Positions 21,870 to 34,168 of a stretch of DNA of 64,000 nucleotides are shown here, piece by piece. A program made the translations under genes and the position numbers. Within the stretch, counting starts at the first letter, position 1, and every line of letters starts with the position of its first letter. The notes under the pieces were generated by a model that made no database searches, was not told the origin of the DNA, and was given only the letters and a program-made list of their open reading frames with translations. The stretch comes from Lophium mytilinum (lineage: Eukaryota): NCBI GenBank assembly GCA_010093605.1, contig MU004195.1, positions 806,001-870,000 on the forward strand. Direction: 5' to 3'.

Positions 21870-24800
21870 GCCAAGATAGCTACAATCATGTATCCGAAAC
21901 AAAACCGCACGTAAGGCCATCGGGATATCGGCGTTCTCAAAACAGTACCATGTTCGAATCCAAGGTTGAGCGCATCGCAACCAACCGTGGTTCCGATTTC
22001 GGCTGCTCGACCGGCAGATTTTCGCCAAGTAGCTCGCCAAGGAGCTCGTGGTCACCAGCCCAGGATGAAACGTGACTGAAATGTATTATGCGCATCTAGG
22101 CTTGATGAAATGGTTGCCAAGAAGAGCTATGAAGGACTATAGAGGCTGGCCAGGAGGGAACGTCTTGGGTGAGGGATTTGCATGATGTTTGGTGGTACTG
22201 TTTGAGTGGGTTCGTTCTGAAGACCTATTTTCGCCATGTTGCGGATGACCTTATTGGCAGAGCAATACGCACTCCAGAACGCAGCTTGGAAAATCTGACC
22301 TGACGCTGGAAAAGAGATGGGAAAAATCGAGAAAGTATGATATACCTTAGTCAAGATCTAGCAGTCTAGTACTCGAAATGGGTATTCTTACCTCCTAACC
22401 AACAATTCGGTTTAATTTAGTTGGCCAACCACGTTTAAGAGAGGTGATGAATGGACTACTTCATGAGTACTAGACGCGATCTCTATACAAAGACCAAGTT
22501 GAAATTTTGGCGCCGAAAATGACCACCTTTTCTCCTGTGCCTTACTTACTTACGTAGCTTGAATTAGCATTGACGTTGCGGATATTCTGTTCTGCCGTTC
22601 AGCGTGTGATAGACCCTCGTAAACGAATTCCGCAACCTAGAGTGTCTAGAGGCGAGAAGTCAAGCTTATCAGCGCATATTAGTGAAGAAGATCGTCGTCC
22701 ACAATCTTCTTCTTCGTACGAGCCTCGTCACTGTTCCTGACATGTCGTCCTGGAAGTGCCAAGCTGGAAATCCGTGGTACGAAGTACGTACCTATCCTCG
22801 GCGCCACCCCACGCCCCAACGTCGATCGATCTCTGCAACACACGTCGGAGACGAATTAAAAACAGCAGCCCGTTTACGTACATGGACGATCGGCCTTGGC
22901 CGCAGGCACGGCATCAACGATAGATCGCCAAGTCTTGCACGAGGCTCTCGCCGCGCATTCAGGAGCTTCCCGTCCTATAAAAGCGGACAATATAGCTAGC
23001 GCCGAAAGGGCCCGTGGTGAAGTGCGTTACATCGCAATTCGGCCTACGAATCGCCAAGCGGAACCCCATCAGCTCCTGAGTCTGGACCAACGGTCTGGGG
23101 TTCTGGAGGCCGGCGGAGGAGGTCGAGCCGCGACAGCATTTGCGTACGAACAGAGTCGTCTCACAGCGGAGGTCCGGAGTGTGCAGCGCGGAAGTCTTGG
23201 TATTTTCTTGGAAGAGAGCACAGGAGGCCTGAGTAGGGGAATTGGGAGAGCGGATTGGGAGGTGCCAAGAGAAGATCGTTGCATGTGCGACAATCGTGCT
23301 ACGGAAAGGAGAAGAACGCGTGCGGTATTTCAAACATGGACCACAAAACACAGCGCACCGCCCTCGAGACGCGTCAAGATGTTCGTTATAAAAGAAAGGA
23401 GAAGAAGCTTGGCAAGGCGGCATACGGCCTTGGCTCAATAGAAGAATTGGCCGGAAAGACAGGCCAGGTTGCAGATGTTGATTTCGCTAGACGGGAAAGG
23501 AGGCTCATCTCAGCGCTCGGGCTGGGCCGCAAGTAGCAAGTGAGCCAGCAACAAACATTGGCAGCACGGGCTGACAGCAAGGAGGGCGAGGACAACAGTA
23601 ACAGGAAGGATAGCGTTTAGCGTAGAAGTCAAAGTGAAAGCCAAAGTGATGACTGTCGATGAAGCTGGAACGCAAACACTTTGCCGGGTGCCATATCGAG
23701 TCGCTTATCTTTCTGGGTAGATGTTGCCGTGATCTCGTGAATGCGGGCTTGGAGCAGCGAACAAGCAATGGCGGTTCAAGGTTCGTAGGGGTATCCATGT
23801 AGCCCGGCATACCCGTTGTCGCACTCCCACAAGAGCTCCGAGCTTGGCAAGCGAAAGTCCTGCCGATTCGATACAGCAGCGCCCGTCTTAGGGCCATCCC
23901 GCGGCCAGTGTGATAGGCTGGGGGGCCTGTAAGAATGCAGCGTACCACTCTTAATCAGCGGCCGCACAACGCCTCGGAAATTGAGTGCTGAAGTCTTGAA
24001 AGGAGAATGCTGCGTCGGCGGCGCTGAGCAGCCGATGACCGGCGATGAGAGACATCACCACGGTCTGTGTTTGGCTCTTGGCTGATGAATACTGTGTACT
24101 GCTGACCGACGTTGAGGAGGCCAGCACGCTGCATGAAATCCCCGCAAGCCTCGCCGTCACTCGCGGAGCTGCTTGAAACTTGTCACGGTGATTGGGCGGT
24201 CAGGAGTGCATCGGCCAACGGCTTTTGACATGGGCAGAGGGGGATTCTGCAGCGACAGGCCGCCCCAGCAGCGCTCGACACGGCAGCCTGAGCCTTTCTC
24301 TGCAGGAAAAATTGCACCACGCTTCGCTTAAGGAGTGGGCGACGGGCAATGTGGGCCTGCGGACGCCGTCACAAGCTAGCGAGCTTTCAAGTGCTGGCGG
24401 GGAAGCTGGGGAGAGACGACATGAGAGGGACAGCAGAGAGCGTCTGGGGAGAAATGCGGATATCGCTGAGATCCAGAGCATTGAAGTTACCGATGGGGCA
24501 TCTTGGTGAAGGCGGCAGCCTCAGATGCACGCAAATCCCCCGCAGAGGATTCGATTCGGACTTCGTAATAGTGTGACTTGGCGATTCACAAAGGCGTCTG
24601 GGCAGCGTTTCCAACGGTCCGCGGCGTTCTCGAGGCAGATAAGAGCGCTGCCGAGGTTGGAGGCAGGAAATGGAGGCAGGGAGGCAATTGAGGCTGGCGA
24701 TGTGCTTCTTTGTGTGTTTGAGGACTGCTTTCGGCGGCTCTCCGTCAACCTTAAATGCCTGCTTCTCGCGGGACTTGAGCCGCAGTGTTTCGTCGCAAAA

Positions 24801-25412
24801 CTCGTTTACATGCCCGGCATCCATGCCACAGATCGGGCTAAAGGCATGGCATGGCACTCGAGACGGAGCCGGAGAATGCGCTCGAAGCCACCGCAACGCG
24901 CGATTTTCGGCCTCTGGCGCCCGCGTTGCAAATGGCGCGACGTTTTGATATTGAACGGCAGAACCGCGTGGTCTCGCTGCATCTGGAGGCTCTTGGGAGC
25001 AGAGTTTTTCTGCGCCCGCCCAGCGGACAATCCCGCCAGCCTGAGCAACCGCGATGCATGTTTCAGGCTGGCGAGGTTGCCGTGCAACCCTGGTGTTGGG
25101 GGAGGATGGCGACGGCCATAGCTCCACAGACTCCATTGTCTACCCACAATCATGGCCCCAAATAGCGATGGGCCTACCTCGCACGGGACCGCAGTCCGGC
25201 GCTGTACCGTGGCTCGGAGGGCCAAGAGGCTCCCAAGCCGTCGCGCTGTGGTTGCGGTGAAGCTGGAGCGGGCTCAGTCGCATCCGAAGAGAGTGCTTCG
25301 CGGCCTCGACGATAGAGCGTGGAGGGATCGGCTACTTTTGGTGGAGGCATCTGCTTCTCGGCCTGGCCAGTGAGGTGCAGCAATTGGATGTGCGTGTGGG
25401 CGTCGTCTTGGC
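21870..25412. promoter_or_regulatory. Cluster of PacC/Rim101 consensus sites (GCCARG) upstream of PMA1
   Basis: GCCAAG/CTTGGC at 21870, 22024, 22036, 22116, 22758, 22895, 22927, 23053, 23264, 23408, 23429, 23843, 24077, 24577, 25221 and 25407; GCCAGG/CCTGGC at 22149, 23463 and 25362. Confidence 0.6.
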
Positions 25413-25539
25413 CTATCTGGCAGAGTGAAAATGACTAGCGCTGGCCCATAGCGCTGCGATGAATAAAGCCGCCGTCCCGCCCGGCCACCTTAGCCCGCCG
25501 TGCTCGATCCTCCAGCTCACCACCCCTCTCCACTCTCTC

Positions 25540-25584
25540 CGAATCCCCTCCCCTCCACGGCGAATCCCCTCCCCTCCACGGCGA
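25540..25584. repeat. 21-bp tandem duplication containing CCCCT (STRE-like) motifs
   Basis: CGAATCCCCTCCCCTCCACGG x2, about 300 bp upstream of the PMA1 ATG. Confidence 0.85.
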
Positions 25585-25863
25585 GTCTCTCATTGCGTCT
25601 TCAGCGAGCGTAGCTGGGCTGCCTCCACGCCAATTGGACTGTCGAGGTGCGTCTTGCCTGCAAAGTTGTGCGCGCTGCTCCGATGGGGAGCTCTGGTGCG
25701 AGCTCCCACCTGACAGCTGCCGCACAGACCCTCACGAGAGATTGCGGCAACAACAAAAAGCTAACTTTCCCCCAGTCTTCATCACCAACACCACACCCGC
25801 TCGCGACACGTGAACTTCCAGCAGTCGTTTTATCGCTAGCTCACTGCTCGCCGTCGCAGCACG

Positions 25864-28800
25864 ATGGCCGACGTACGCACCGCCCACATCGACTCACTCT
25901 TGAGCTCTCCTCGCTGACCGCATGCAGACACATACCGGTGTCTCTGGACACACGGAGACGCCTCCAAACCACCTCGGGAGCGACATTCCTACTGGCGGCC
26001 TGGTGAGTGACTCCTTTCGCGCCTGCTCGGCCATTGCGCCGTGTGCTTGCCTGCGCACCATGCAGCACAACTTGTTGCGACGCGCTCTTTGTACCGCTTC
26101 TAACATGCTAGGCCCAGGACGAGAAGAAGGAATACCCTTCCGAACACACCCACACCCACGCCGACAACGATGTGCCGCCCAAGAAGCTCGACGAAAACGA
26201 GGAGGAGGATGAGGACATTGACGCTCTGATCGAGGAGCTCGAGTCTCAGGACGCTGGCATCGACGCCGAGGAAGAGGAGGTCACACAGCCTGGTGGAGCG
26301 CGGCCCGTCGCCGAGGACCTGCTGCAGACCGATACCCGCACTGGTCTGACCTCCGCCGAGGTCCTCTCCCGCCGAAAGAAGTTCGGCATGAATCAGATGA
26401 AGGGTACGTCGCGTCGGAAATCTCTGTGCCTTGTCACCACTAACAGCACGCAGAGGAGAAGGAGAATCTGATTCTTAAGTTCCTGGGATACTTCATCGGT
26501 CCCATCCAGTTCGTCATGGAGGCAGCCGCCGTTCTCGCTGCCGGTCTCCAGGATTGGGTTGATTTCGGTGTCATTTGCGCCCTGCTCATGCTCAACGCCA
26601 CCGTCGGTTTCGTCCAGGAATACCAGGCTGGTTCCATTGTCGAGGAGTTGAAAAAGACTCTCGCGCTCAAGGCCACTGTTCTCCGTGATGGCGCCCTCGC
26701 CGATATCGAGGCGCCTGAAGTAGTCCCCGGCGACATCCTCCAGATCGAAGAAGGTACCATTATCCCCGCCGACGGTCGCATTGTCACCGAAGACGCGTTC
26801 CTCCAAGTCGATCAGTCTGCCATCACCGGAGAGTCTCTCGCTGTGGACAAGCACAAGGGCGACACTTGCTACGCCTCGTCCGCCGTCAAGCGTGGTGAGG
26901 CCTTCATGGTCATCACCGCCACTGGTGACAGCACCTTCGTTGGTCGCGCCGCCTCCCTTGTGGCCTCTGCCTCCGGTGGGACTGGTCATTTCACTGAGGT
27001 GCTCAACGGCATTGGCACGGTTCTTCTTATTCTCGTCATCATCACCCTGCTCGTTGTCTGGGTGTCGTCTTTCTACCGATCCAACTCTATTGTCACCATT
27101 CTTGAGTTCACCCTTGCCATCACTATCATCGGTGTGCCCGTCGGTCTCCCCGCCGTCGTCACCACTACCATGGCTGTTGGTGCTGCGTACCTTGCCAAGA
27201 AGCAGGCTATCGTCCAGAAGCTCAGCGCCATCGAGTCGTTAGCCGGTGTTGAAATCCTTTGCTCTGATAAGACCGGCACGTTGACCAAGAACAAGCTCTC
27301 TCTCGCTGAGCCCTACACGGTCGAGGGTGTTGAGCCCGAAGATCTCATGTTGACGGCTTGCTTGGCTGCCTCCCGTAAGAAGAAGGGTATTGATGCCATC
27401 GACAAGGCTTTCCTCAAGGCCCTCAAGTTCTACCCGCGTGCCAAGGGCGTTCTTTCCAAGTACAAGGTCATTGACTTCCACCCATTTGACCCCGTTTCCA
27501 AGAAGGTTCAGGCTGTTGTCGAGTCTCCCCAGGGCGAGCGCATCATCTGTGTCAAGGGCGCTCCTCTTTTCGTCCTGAAGACCGTCGAGGAGGACCACCC
27601 CATTCCCGAAGCTGTCGATGAGGCCTACAAGAACAAGGTCGCTGAGTTCGCTACTCGTGGTTTCCGTTCCCTCGGTGTTGCGCGTAAGCGCGGTGATGCC
27701 AGCTGGGAGATCCTTGGTATAATGCCTTGCTCTGACCCTCCTCGTCACGACACTGCCCGCACTATCAACGAAGCCAAGACTCTCGGTCTGTCCATCAAGA
27801 TGTTGACAGGTGATGCCGTCGGTATCGCCCGTGAGACTTCCCGTCAACTCGGTCTCGGCACGAACGTCTACAACGCTGAACGTCTTGGTCTCGGTGGAGG
27901 AGGAGAGATGCCCGGTTCCGAGGTCTACGATTTTGTGGAGGCTGCTGATGGTTTCGCCGAGGTTTTCCCCCAGCACAAGTACAACGTCGTCGAGATTCTG
28001 CAACAGCGTGGCTATCTCGTTGCCATGACTGGTGACGGTGTCAACGACGCCCCGTCTCTCAAGAAGGCCGATACCGGTATCGCTGTCGAGGGTGCTTCCG
28101 ATGCTGCCCGTTCCGCCGCCGACATTGTTTTCCTTGCCCCCGGTCTCTCCGCCATCATCGATGCTCTCAAGACTTCCCGCCAGATTTTCCATCGCATGTA
28201 CGCCTACGTTGTATATCGTATCGCGCTCTCGCTGCATCTGGAATTCTTCCTCGGTCTCTGGATTGCCATTCTCAACACGTCACTCAATCTGGAACTCGTT
28301 GTCTTCATCGCTATTTTCGCTGATATCGCGACACTTGCCATCGCCTACGACAACGCGCCCTTCTCCAAGACCCCAGTCAAGTGGAACCTGCCCAAGCTCT
28401 GGGGCTTGTCTGTTCTCCTGGGGATTGTTCTTGCTGTCGGTACCTGGATCACCCTGACCACCATGTTCCCGTACCAGAACCAGCCCAACGCAGCCCACCA
28501 GGGTATCAGCGGTGGTATTGTTCAGAACTTTGGTGTCCGCGACGAGGTCCTCTTCCTCCAAATCTCTCTGTCCGAGAACTGGCTGATCTTCATCACTCGT
28601 GCCAACGGTCCCTTCTGGTCATCCATCCCCTCGTGGCAGCTCAGCGGTGCTATTCTGTGTGTAGACTTGATTGCCACCTTCTTCTGTCTCTTTGGTTGGT
28701 TCATTGGTGGCCAGACCTCCATTGTCACCGTCGTCCGTATTTGGATCTTCTCATTCGGTGTCTTCTGTGTCATGGGTGGTGTGTATTACCTCCTCCAGGA

Positions 28801-28988
28801 CAGCGCCGGATTCGACAACCTCATGCACGGCAAATCGCCCAAGAAGGACCAGAAGCAGCGGTCACTAGAAGATTTCGGTAAGTCTTATGATTATCATCTA
28901 CCCATTCTTCCGTCTGTATCATATTCTAATATCTTTCACAGTTGTCTCGTTACAACGTGTCTCGACCAAGCACGAGAAGGGCGAGTAG
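25864..28988 (+). CDS. PMA1: Plasma-membrane H+-ATPase (P3A-type)
   Basis: Exons 25864-25872, 25928-26002, 26112-26403, 26454-28877 and 28942-28988 splice in frame. Motifs [26 protein letters not shown] and [13 protein letters not shown]-terminus [19 protein letters not shown]; strong codon bias. Confidence 0.98.
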
Positions 28989-29694
28989 ACTCGTCTCGCG
29001 TGATGATTTGCATGTTGTTTTTTCTAATATCAAAGGTCGGAGTGCGGCAGAAAGGTTGCTAAGGAAAGGAAAGATCAAAGGAGTTGTTGATATCATACAC
29101 TACCCCAAAAAACCCCCCCAACCCCAACAAACTCACTACAAAGTTTGTAAAACCAACAACTGGTAATAGTTGTGCTGCCGGCTCACGGGAAAAATTGCTC
29201 TCAGAATTCTGGATGAGGTATATTTCTTATTCGAATATATCCAACTCCTGATTTATAGAGGAAGAGCTTGAGCCGGGTTTCCCAACATTCCCCACCCACC
29301 GCTGCTAGTTTGCAAGCTCTATTAATACATTTTCCTTTTGATCGATCCTTTCCCTGAGACAGAACAGTGGTTTTTTGTTAGTTTGTGTATGTTAATCGTG
29401 TGCCACGGCGGCGATTTTTTTTGTGGGGGTGGTAGAATGGACGTTGCTGTTGATGATGTTGGTGCGCTTATGTCATCACGTGAGTGACTATACGATTTAA
29501 GAAGTGCACGTCTGTCGCGAGTCCAAAGCTCACAGCAGTAACGCAACAGCCGATGCGATCTTCTTCGCCACCCACGAATTCTGTTTGCAGCTCGAGTATC
29601 TGCTAATTACACAGCATTACTGATCCCGAGTCCGACATCCAACTACCCTCAACGCATTTTCGCCAGATGCCTCAACCAACCCAACCCCACCCCC

Positions 29695-30131
29695 CTACCG
29701 CCTTCCACACCCTGCACACCTCTTTCCCCAAAACCCTCGGGCAGATGCCCACCCCACTCCCTCCACTAAACCCCCCCGCATCCCGAAACCAGTCCACTGC
29801 ACTACTCCAATCACGACAAAACTGTACACCGCGGTTACAACTACCCGTTCCGCTTGCAGCGCCCGAGCCTCCGCTGCACCAACTAGCAACTCGAAAACCT
29901 CGGAATCTAACGTAAAAAGGAGATGCGCCCAGGAAACAACGAAGCCAAGCAGAACGCTGAGAGGACCCGCGACGGGGGTGTCGAGGGCCCGAAGAGCCGG
30001 GTGAGGACGATGGAGGTGATGGGGTAGATGGGTAAGAGGAGGAGGGCGGTGGTGGTGGTGAGGGCGAGGATGGTGGTGGCGATGGAGGAGCCGAGGGAGA
30101 GGGCGGAGAGGAGGAGGGTGAGGGGGGGCAT
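29695..30131 (-). pseudogene. Small membrane-protein gene, likely paralogue of 19845-20330, with a frameshift near 29925-29940
   Basis: MPPLTLLLSALSLG..ALLLLPIY..LASLF continues in another frame as AHLLFTLDSEVFELLVG..; compare MAFLTLLTSSITQG..LALLAIP..VLFLAHLYTT. Confidence 0.45.
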
Positions 30132-30845
30132 TTTGAGGAATTGGTTGTAGTACGAGATTTATGCGGTGGTGGGTACTGAAACAAAATGATTGTACGAAGA
30201 ATCTAAGGAGCCGGGAAGTAGCTTGGAAGCGGTGCTTAGATATTTATGAACTGTTCAAATTAGTTTTGGATTCTTTGCTGAACTGCCATGGCGTAGGAGA
30301 GGTACGCTGTGAGAGCTCGGTATGCAGGAAGAGAGAATGTAATGCATTATTGTTCGTGTGAGGAGGCTAGCTAGGTCCGTAAGATGGAAAGATATGCACG
30401 GAAGGGCCAATAGCGTAGCGGGGCTGCGGGGTACGTTTAGGCGTCACGAGAGACTGAGATCTAGTCGACTTTCAGACGCTCACGATCGAAATAACATCCA
30501 GATGAACCATTTTACACTGCGGCAAGAGAGTCGCTGTGCTCATACGTTGCAACAGTTAGATCAGTATAATTCGACAGACGATATACTTCACGGACGAAAT
30601 ACCTTACGAGCCGTGGAAAAGAGTACCCCTGACCAAAATAGCACAGTGGGCGGCATGATGGACAGATCGGGGATAGAGATCGGGGATGAAAAATAAGCAG
30701 GAAAGACGGAATACGTGCTCCAGACTTTACACAATTACCTATCGTTAAGTTCCGCAACTGATCATGAAACCATTGAGAAAGTCCTCTCGGAATCTCCATA
30801 AGACCAATCTACAAAGCAGATACTAATCGAACCGGCTGACTTCCG

Positions 30846-33824
30846 TTAGAGTAGGAATCCCCGGCGGGGCAGCTGGATTCTGAATGTGTCTGCGGGGGTG
30901 CGGTGCTTTTTGTTTTTCTTCTCAGCAAACGAGCTAATATAAATGCCATCGTCCTCTGGCTTCAGCTGATGGTTATCTGATACTCGCGTTAGTGGCCAAT
31001 GATCACCGGAATAGACTGCCTTCGTGTAGTTGCGGAAGTTTGCGACTTACAGTGGTATGCTTCAGCCAGTTTCAGCTGCTGAAACTTTTCTATAAGCTCC
31101 TCGTCGTTGCCAAAAGCATCACTGTGCTTTTCCAGTTCCCAGTCTTTGTCAAAGGGGGAAATGGTTCCATGGAAGACTTTGATATAAGTTCGCGTCAGGT
31201 CGTCATACATTTTTCGACAGCTTTGGTAACGCCGCGTTGCGACATCTATATGAAATGAAGTGTCAGCTAAGGTCGCGAAATCGCATTCAATGGAGCAGGG
31301 GCAAACTGGCCATTAACACATGATAGTCGCTTGTATCGTAACATCGAACGCCGATAATGCAAAGCGAATCTTCGAATGCAGTGACCGAGGATGACGGGAT
31401 CCCGCAACTTCTTCCTCCATACTTGGCCATCTCGCTTATCGAACGCTAGATGGTCAATTTGTTTAAGTACCAAAACCTCAACCTCCTCTATGCCTCGAGC
31501 GGCCTGGATAAATAACTGGGTTCGGGCCATTGGGCAGATTTCAGCTGCAGAGCGCAATCGATCCGGACTCAGCCCTACTGCTCTCGCAGCTTGAAGAAGG
31601 TCCTGATCAACTGGACCGCGCTCGTCAAGCACTCTGGCAAGGAATAGGATTGTCAGGACATTTTGAACGAGATCGCGCTGTCAAGTCAGTGAACGTAAAG
31701 GTTATTAGGAGACAGCAACGTACTAGAGGTAGCTGATCACGCTTCAAGTACGAGAGCAAGTAGTCGTCCATCTTACTTTCTATATCATTTGGAAAATTGC
31801 GGGCCTTCTCGGTGATATCCCAGCTCCCCTACTCTGCCAAGGTTTTGATCGTCGGTAATGACCTTGGAGTAATTCGATACGTTCCATTGGGGCTAGAAAT
31901 ATCTATCAGTAGATCCAAGACAGTCATCCTAACACCGGAATCTGAAATTACTACAGGCGTCTCGGCTGTAACTTGCTCGTTCGCAACAAGTTTCAATGGG
32001 GATCCGTTTACACATTGGGCCAACTCATTCCAGACCTGGGAACCTAAATTTAGGAGAGGTTTCTCGGCTGCATCGTGCTCCTTCTCAATGAGTCTAAATT
32101 GATATGGGTAATGGTATGGACATTTGTCGTTCAAGAGTTCAGCCAGCTGATTCTGAGGGTCGGTGACAGAAACAGGAGCGGCCACCATCACTCTGCGGAG
32201 CATTGGTATTGCTGAACAAGGCTCGATCTCGACCGTAAGCGAAGGGCCAGAAACATCGAGCACACGATTGCCGATTCTCAGGGGCGGGTGAGTCAAAGTG
32301 AGGCGTCGGGTGTTGAGATTGCTGATTCTACTAGGACGTGACATACGACGTTCCCGAAAGCGAATGTCGAAGAAATCTAGAAATACCGTCAGTCTAGAAG
32401 TACGTGACCAGGGAGTATGCATACCATCGATTTGAGTCCGAATCATTATGACATTGATGTTCACTCGATAGCATAGATGCTGTGCAATCGCATGTCTATT
32501 GCCTGCGTGATACAAGCACCGCTGACATGGTCTTCCTTCATCGCACTACGAAGTCAGCAAAATTTCTGGACAGGACATACGGACAGCTTACGCCAGTACC
32601 ATCAAGCCTACAGGTAAAGCAGGCTCCTCCTATAGCGCGGATTCTCCGGGCTTTGCCTGGCTCTCTTCCATTTGCCGTACGCTTGGATTTATTTCCTTTC
32701 ATCTGGGCTCTACGCCGCGCACCATTAGTGCGACTATCTGGCGAGCTAATGATGTTCGGGATTTGATGGTTCGAAAGACGTGCCAGATGGTGATCCCTGC
32801 TATCAACAATTGAGCGCGCGGCCGCAGTTTGGGATGTTTCTTGGCCGACAGGTTCTTGAAGATTTGTAGGAAGGGCGTCCAGAGTAGCAGGATCTACGTT
32901 CAGACATCCGGGATATGTACACGCTGGCCCATAGCAAATGTGCTGGGGAACTCCGAGTCCTGAACTGAACGCATTTTGACCTACCGCATCGATTGGAGGA
33001 AACCCGGTGTATTCGCTGATCATTTGCTCCTGTAGCGCTAAATTCTTAGGCATGGCTGAAATCGAGTTGCTTGAATTACCCAAGAAAGGGTCGGGGAAGG
33101 GATCCTGTGGGAAACCTCCGAGGCGGATGCCACCGCTTCCACCATGCCCTTCTCCTATCGGACGATCAAGCATCGCGAAGAACGCGGAGTTCGCTGAAGA
33201 GCTTACGTAGGGCTCGGCGAACGAGCTTGAGTGTGTGACGTCTGAGGTGTTGCGCATCGGCGGCGGTTCCACAGAAACGTTGCCGAAGTCTGGAAAGTTC
33301 CACTGGCCTCCATTTTCTAGATCTCCAGGCGTCGGAAGAAAATGAAGATCCTGTATCTGTAGGCCAGTGTTGGTATGTTGGTTATCACAAGGTGTCGCGA
33401 GATCTATGCCTTCTAGCAGGAAGCTTTGGTTATATCTGTCCACTTCAGGACGAAAATTTGGGACATGAATCGCATTGTAATCTAGCGGAGCTGATTTCAT
33501 TTCAGCACACGGCTTGGGAGGGATGAGAGGTCAGCCTACTGCCAATCTGGTATTGGTAATTTTGCCAATATGCGAGAGATTCGGTGGAAGCTCCGTGGCT
33601 TTCAGTTGGGAGTATACTTCTACACGCCTCGAACTGGTCGAGAGGACGGTGGCCGAGTGAGAACTCTACCCCTTGAACAGGATCAGTATCTTGGGCTTTT
33701 GCCACCTGTGATTCAAAGCTCGTAACTGCGGAGCGATGAATGTTGACAAACCTGGGTTGTTGCTGAGATTGGTATACGATTCTTCTTCGCCATATCGATG
33801 ATGAGGATTGTTGGAAGGATCCAT
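30846..33824 (-). CDS. Zn2Cys6-like transcription factor gene (about 7 exons) with one in-frame TAG at 31829-31831
   Basis: Splicing intron 32546-32591 yields IGGACFTCRLDGTGCDEGRPCQRC..HLC. Other in-frame introns at about 33671-33750, 33491-33539, 31678-31721, 31246-31310 (donor uncertain) and 30977-31050. The frame stays open past the TAG up to a GTACGT donor. Confidence 0.65.
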
Positions 33825-33990
33825 GTCGAAAGCGATTCGAGCGAGGTCTAAACTATCAGAGTCAAAATATGGGACAGCAGATATGAGATAGAGTGGGGAA
33901 AAATCTAACACCAGAGAGTCTTATAAACACGTCGAGCAAAGGTCAAGCTGTGGACAGTTACATCGTAGAGACAGCCACTATATAAGCCAA

Positions 33991-34168
33991 AGGTTCAGCA
34001 AGTAAAATAGAGGTTCGGCAACGGAATGAGAGGTTCGCCAACACGTCACCCCAGCCACCGACTTGGTCCGGAAACGGGAAGTATAGGCATATAGACGCGA
34101 CCCAGATGCAGAAGAGGTCCGGCAACGCGTTTGAGTGTGGCAGTGACGCGGCAAAGGAGGTCCGGCAA
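33991..34168. promoter_or_regulatory. Cluster 1 of repeated motif AGGTYCGGCAA
   Basis: Exact copies at 34011, 34115 and 34158; variants at 33991, 34031 and 34064. All in the same orientation, just upstream of a TATATA box and the Zn2Cys6-like gene. Confidence 0.6.

Noticed and set aside
21940..21975. GTTCGAATCC resembling a tRNA T-loop
   Set aside because: Imperfect T-stem, and no D-arm, anticodon arm or acceptor stem found.
22682..25725. Many overlapping 60-250 aa ORFs upstream of PMA1
   Set aside because: No motifs or codon bias, overlapping on both strands in GC-rich DNA; better explained as regulatory sequence.
26393..28773. Long antisense ORFs over PMA1
   Set aside because: Shadow ORFs caused by the strong codon bias of PMA1.
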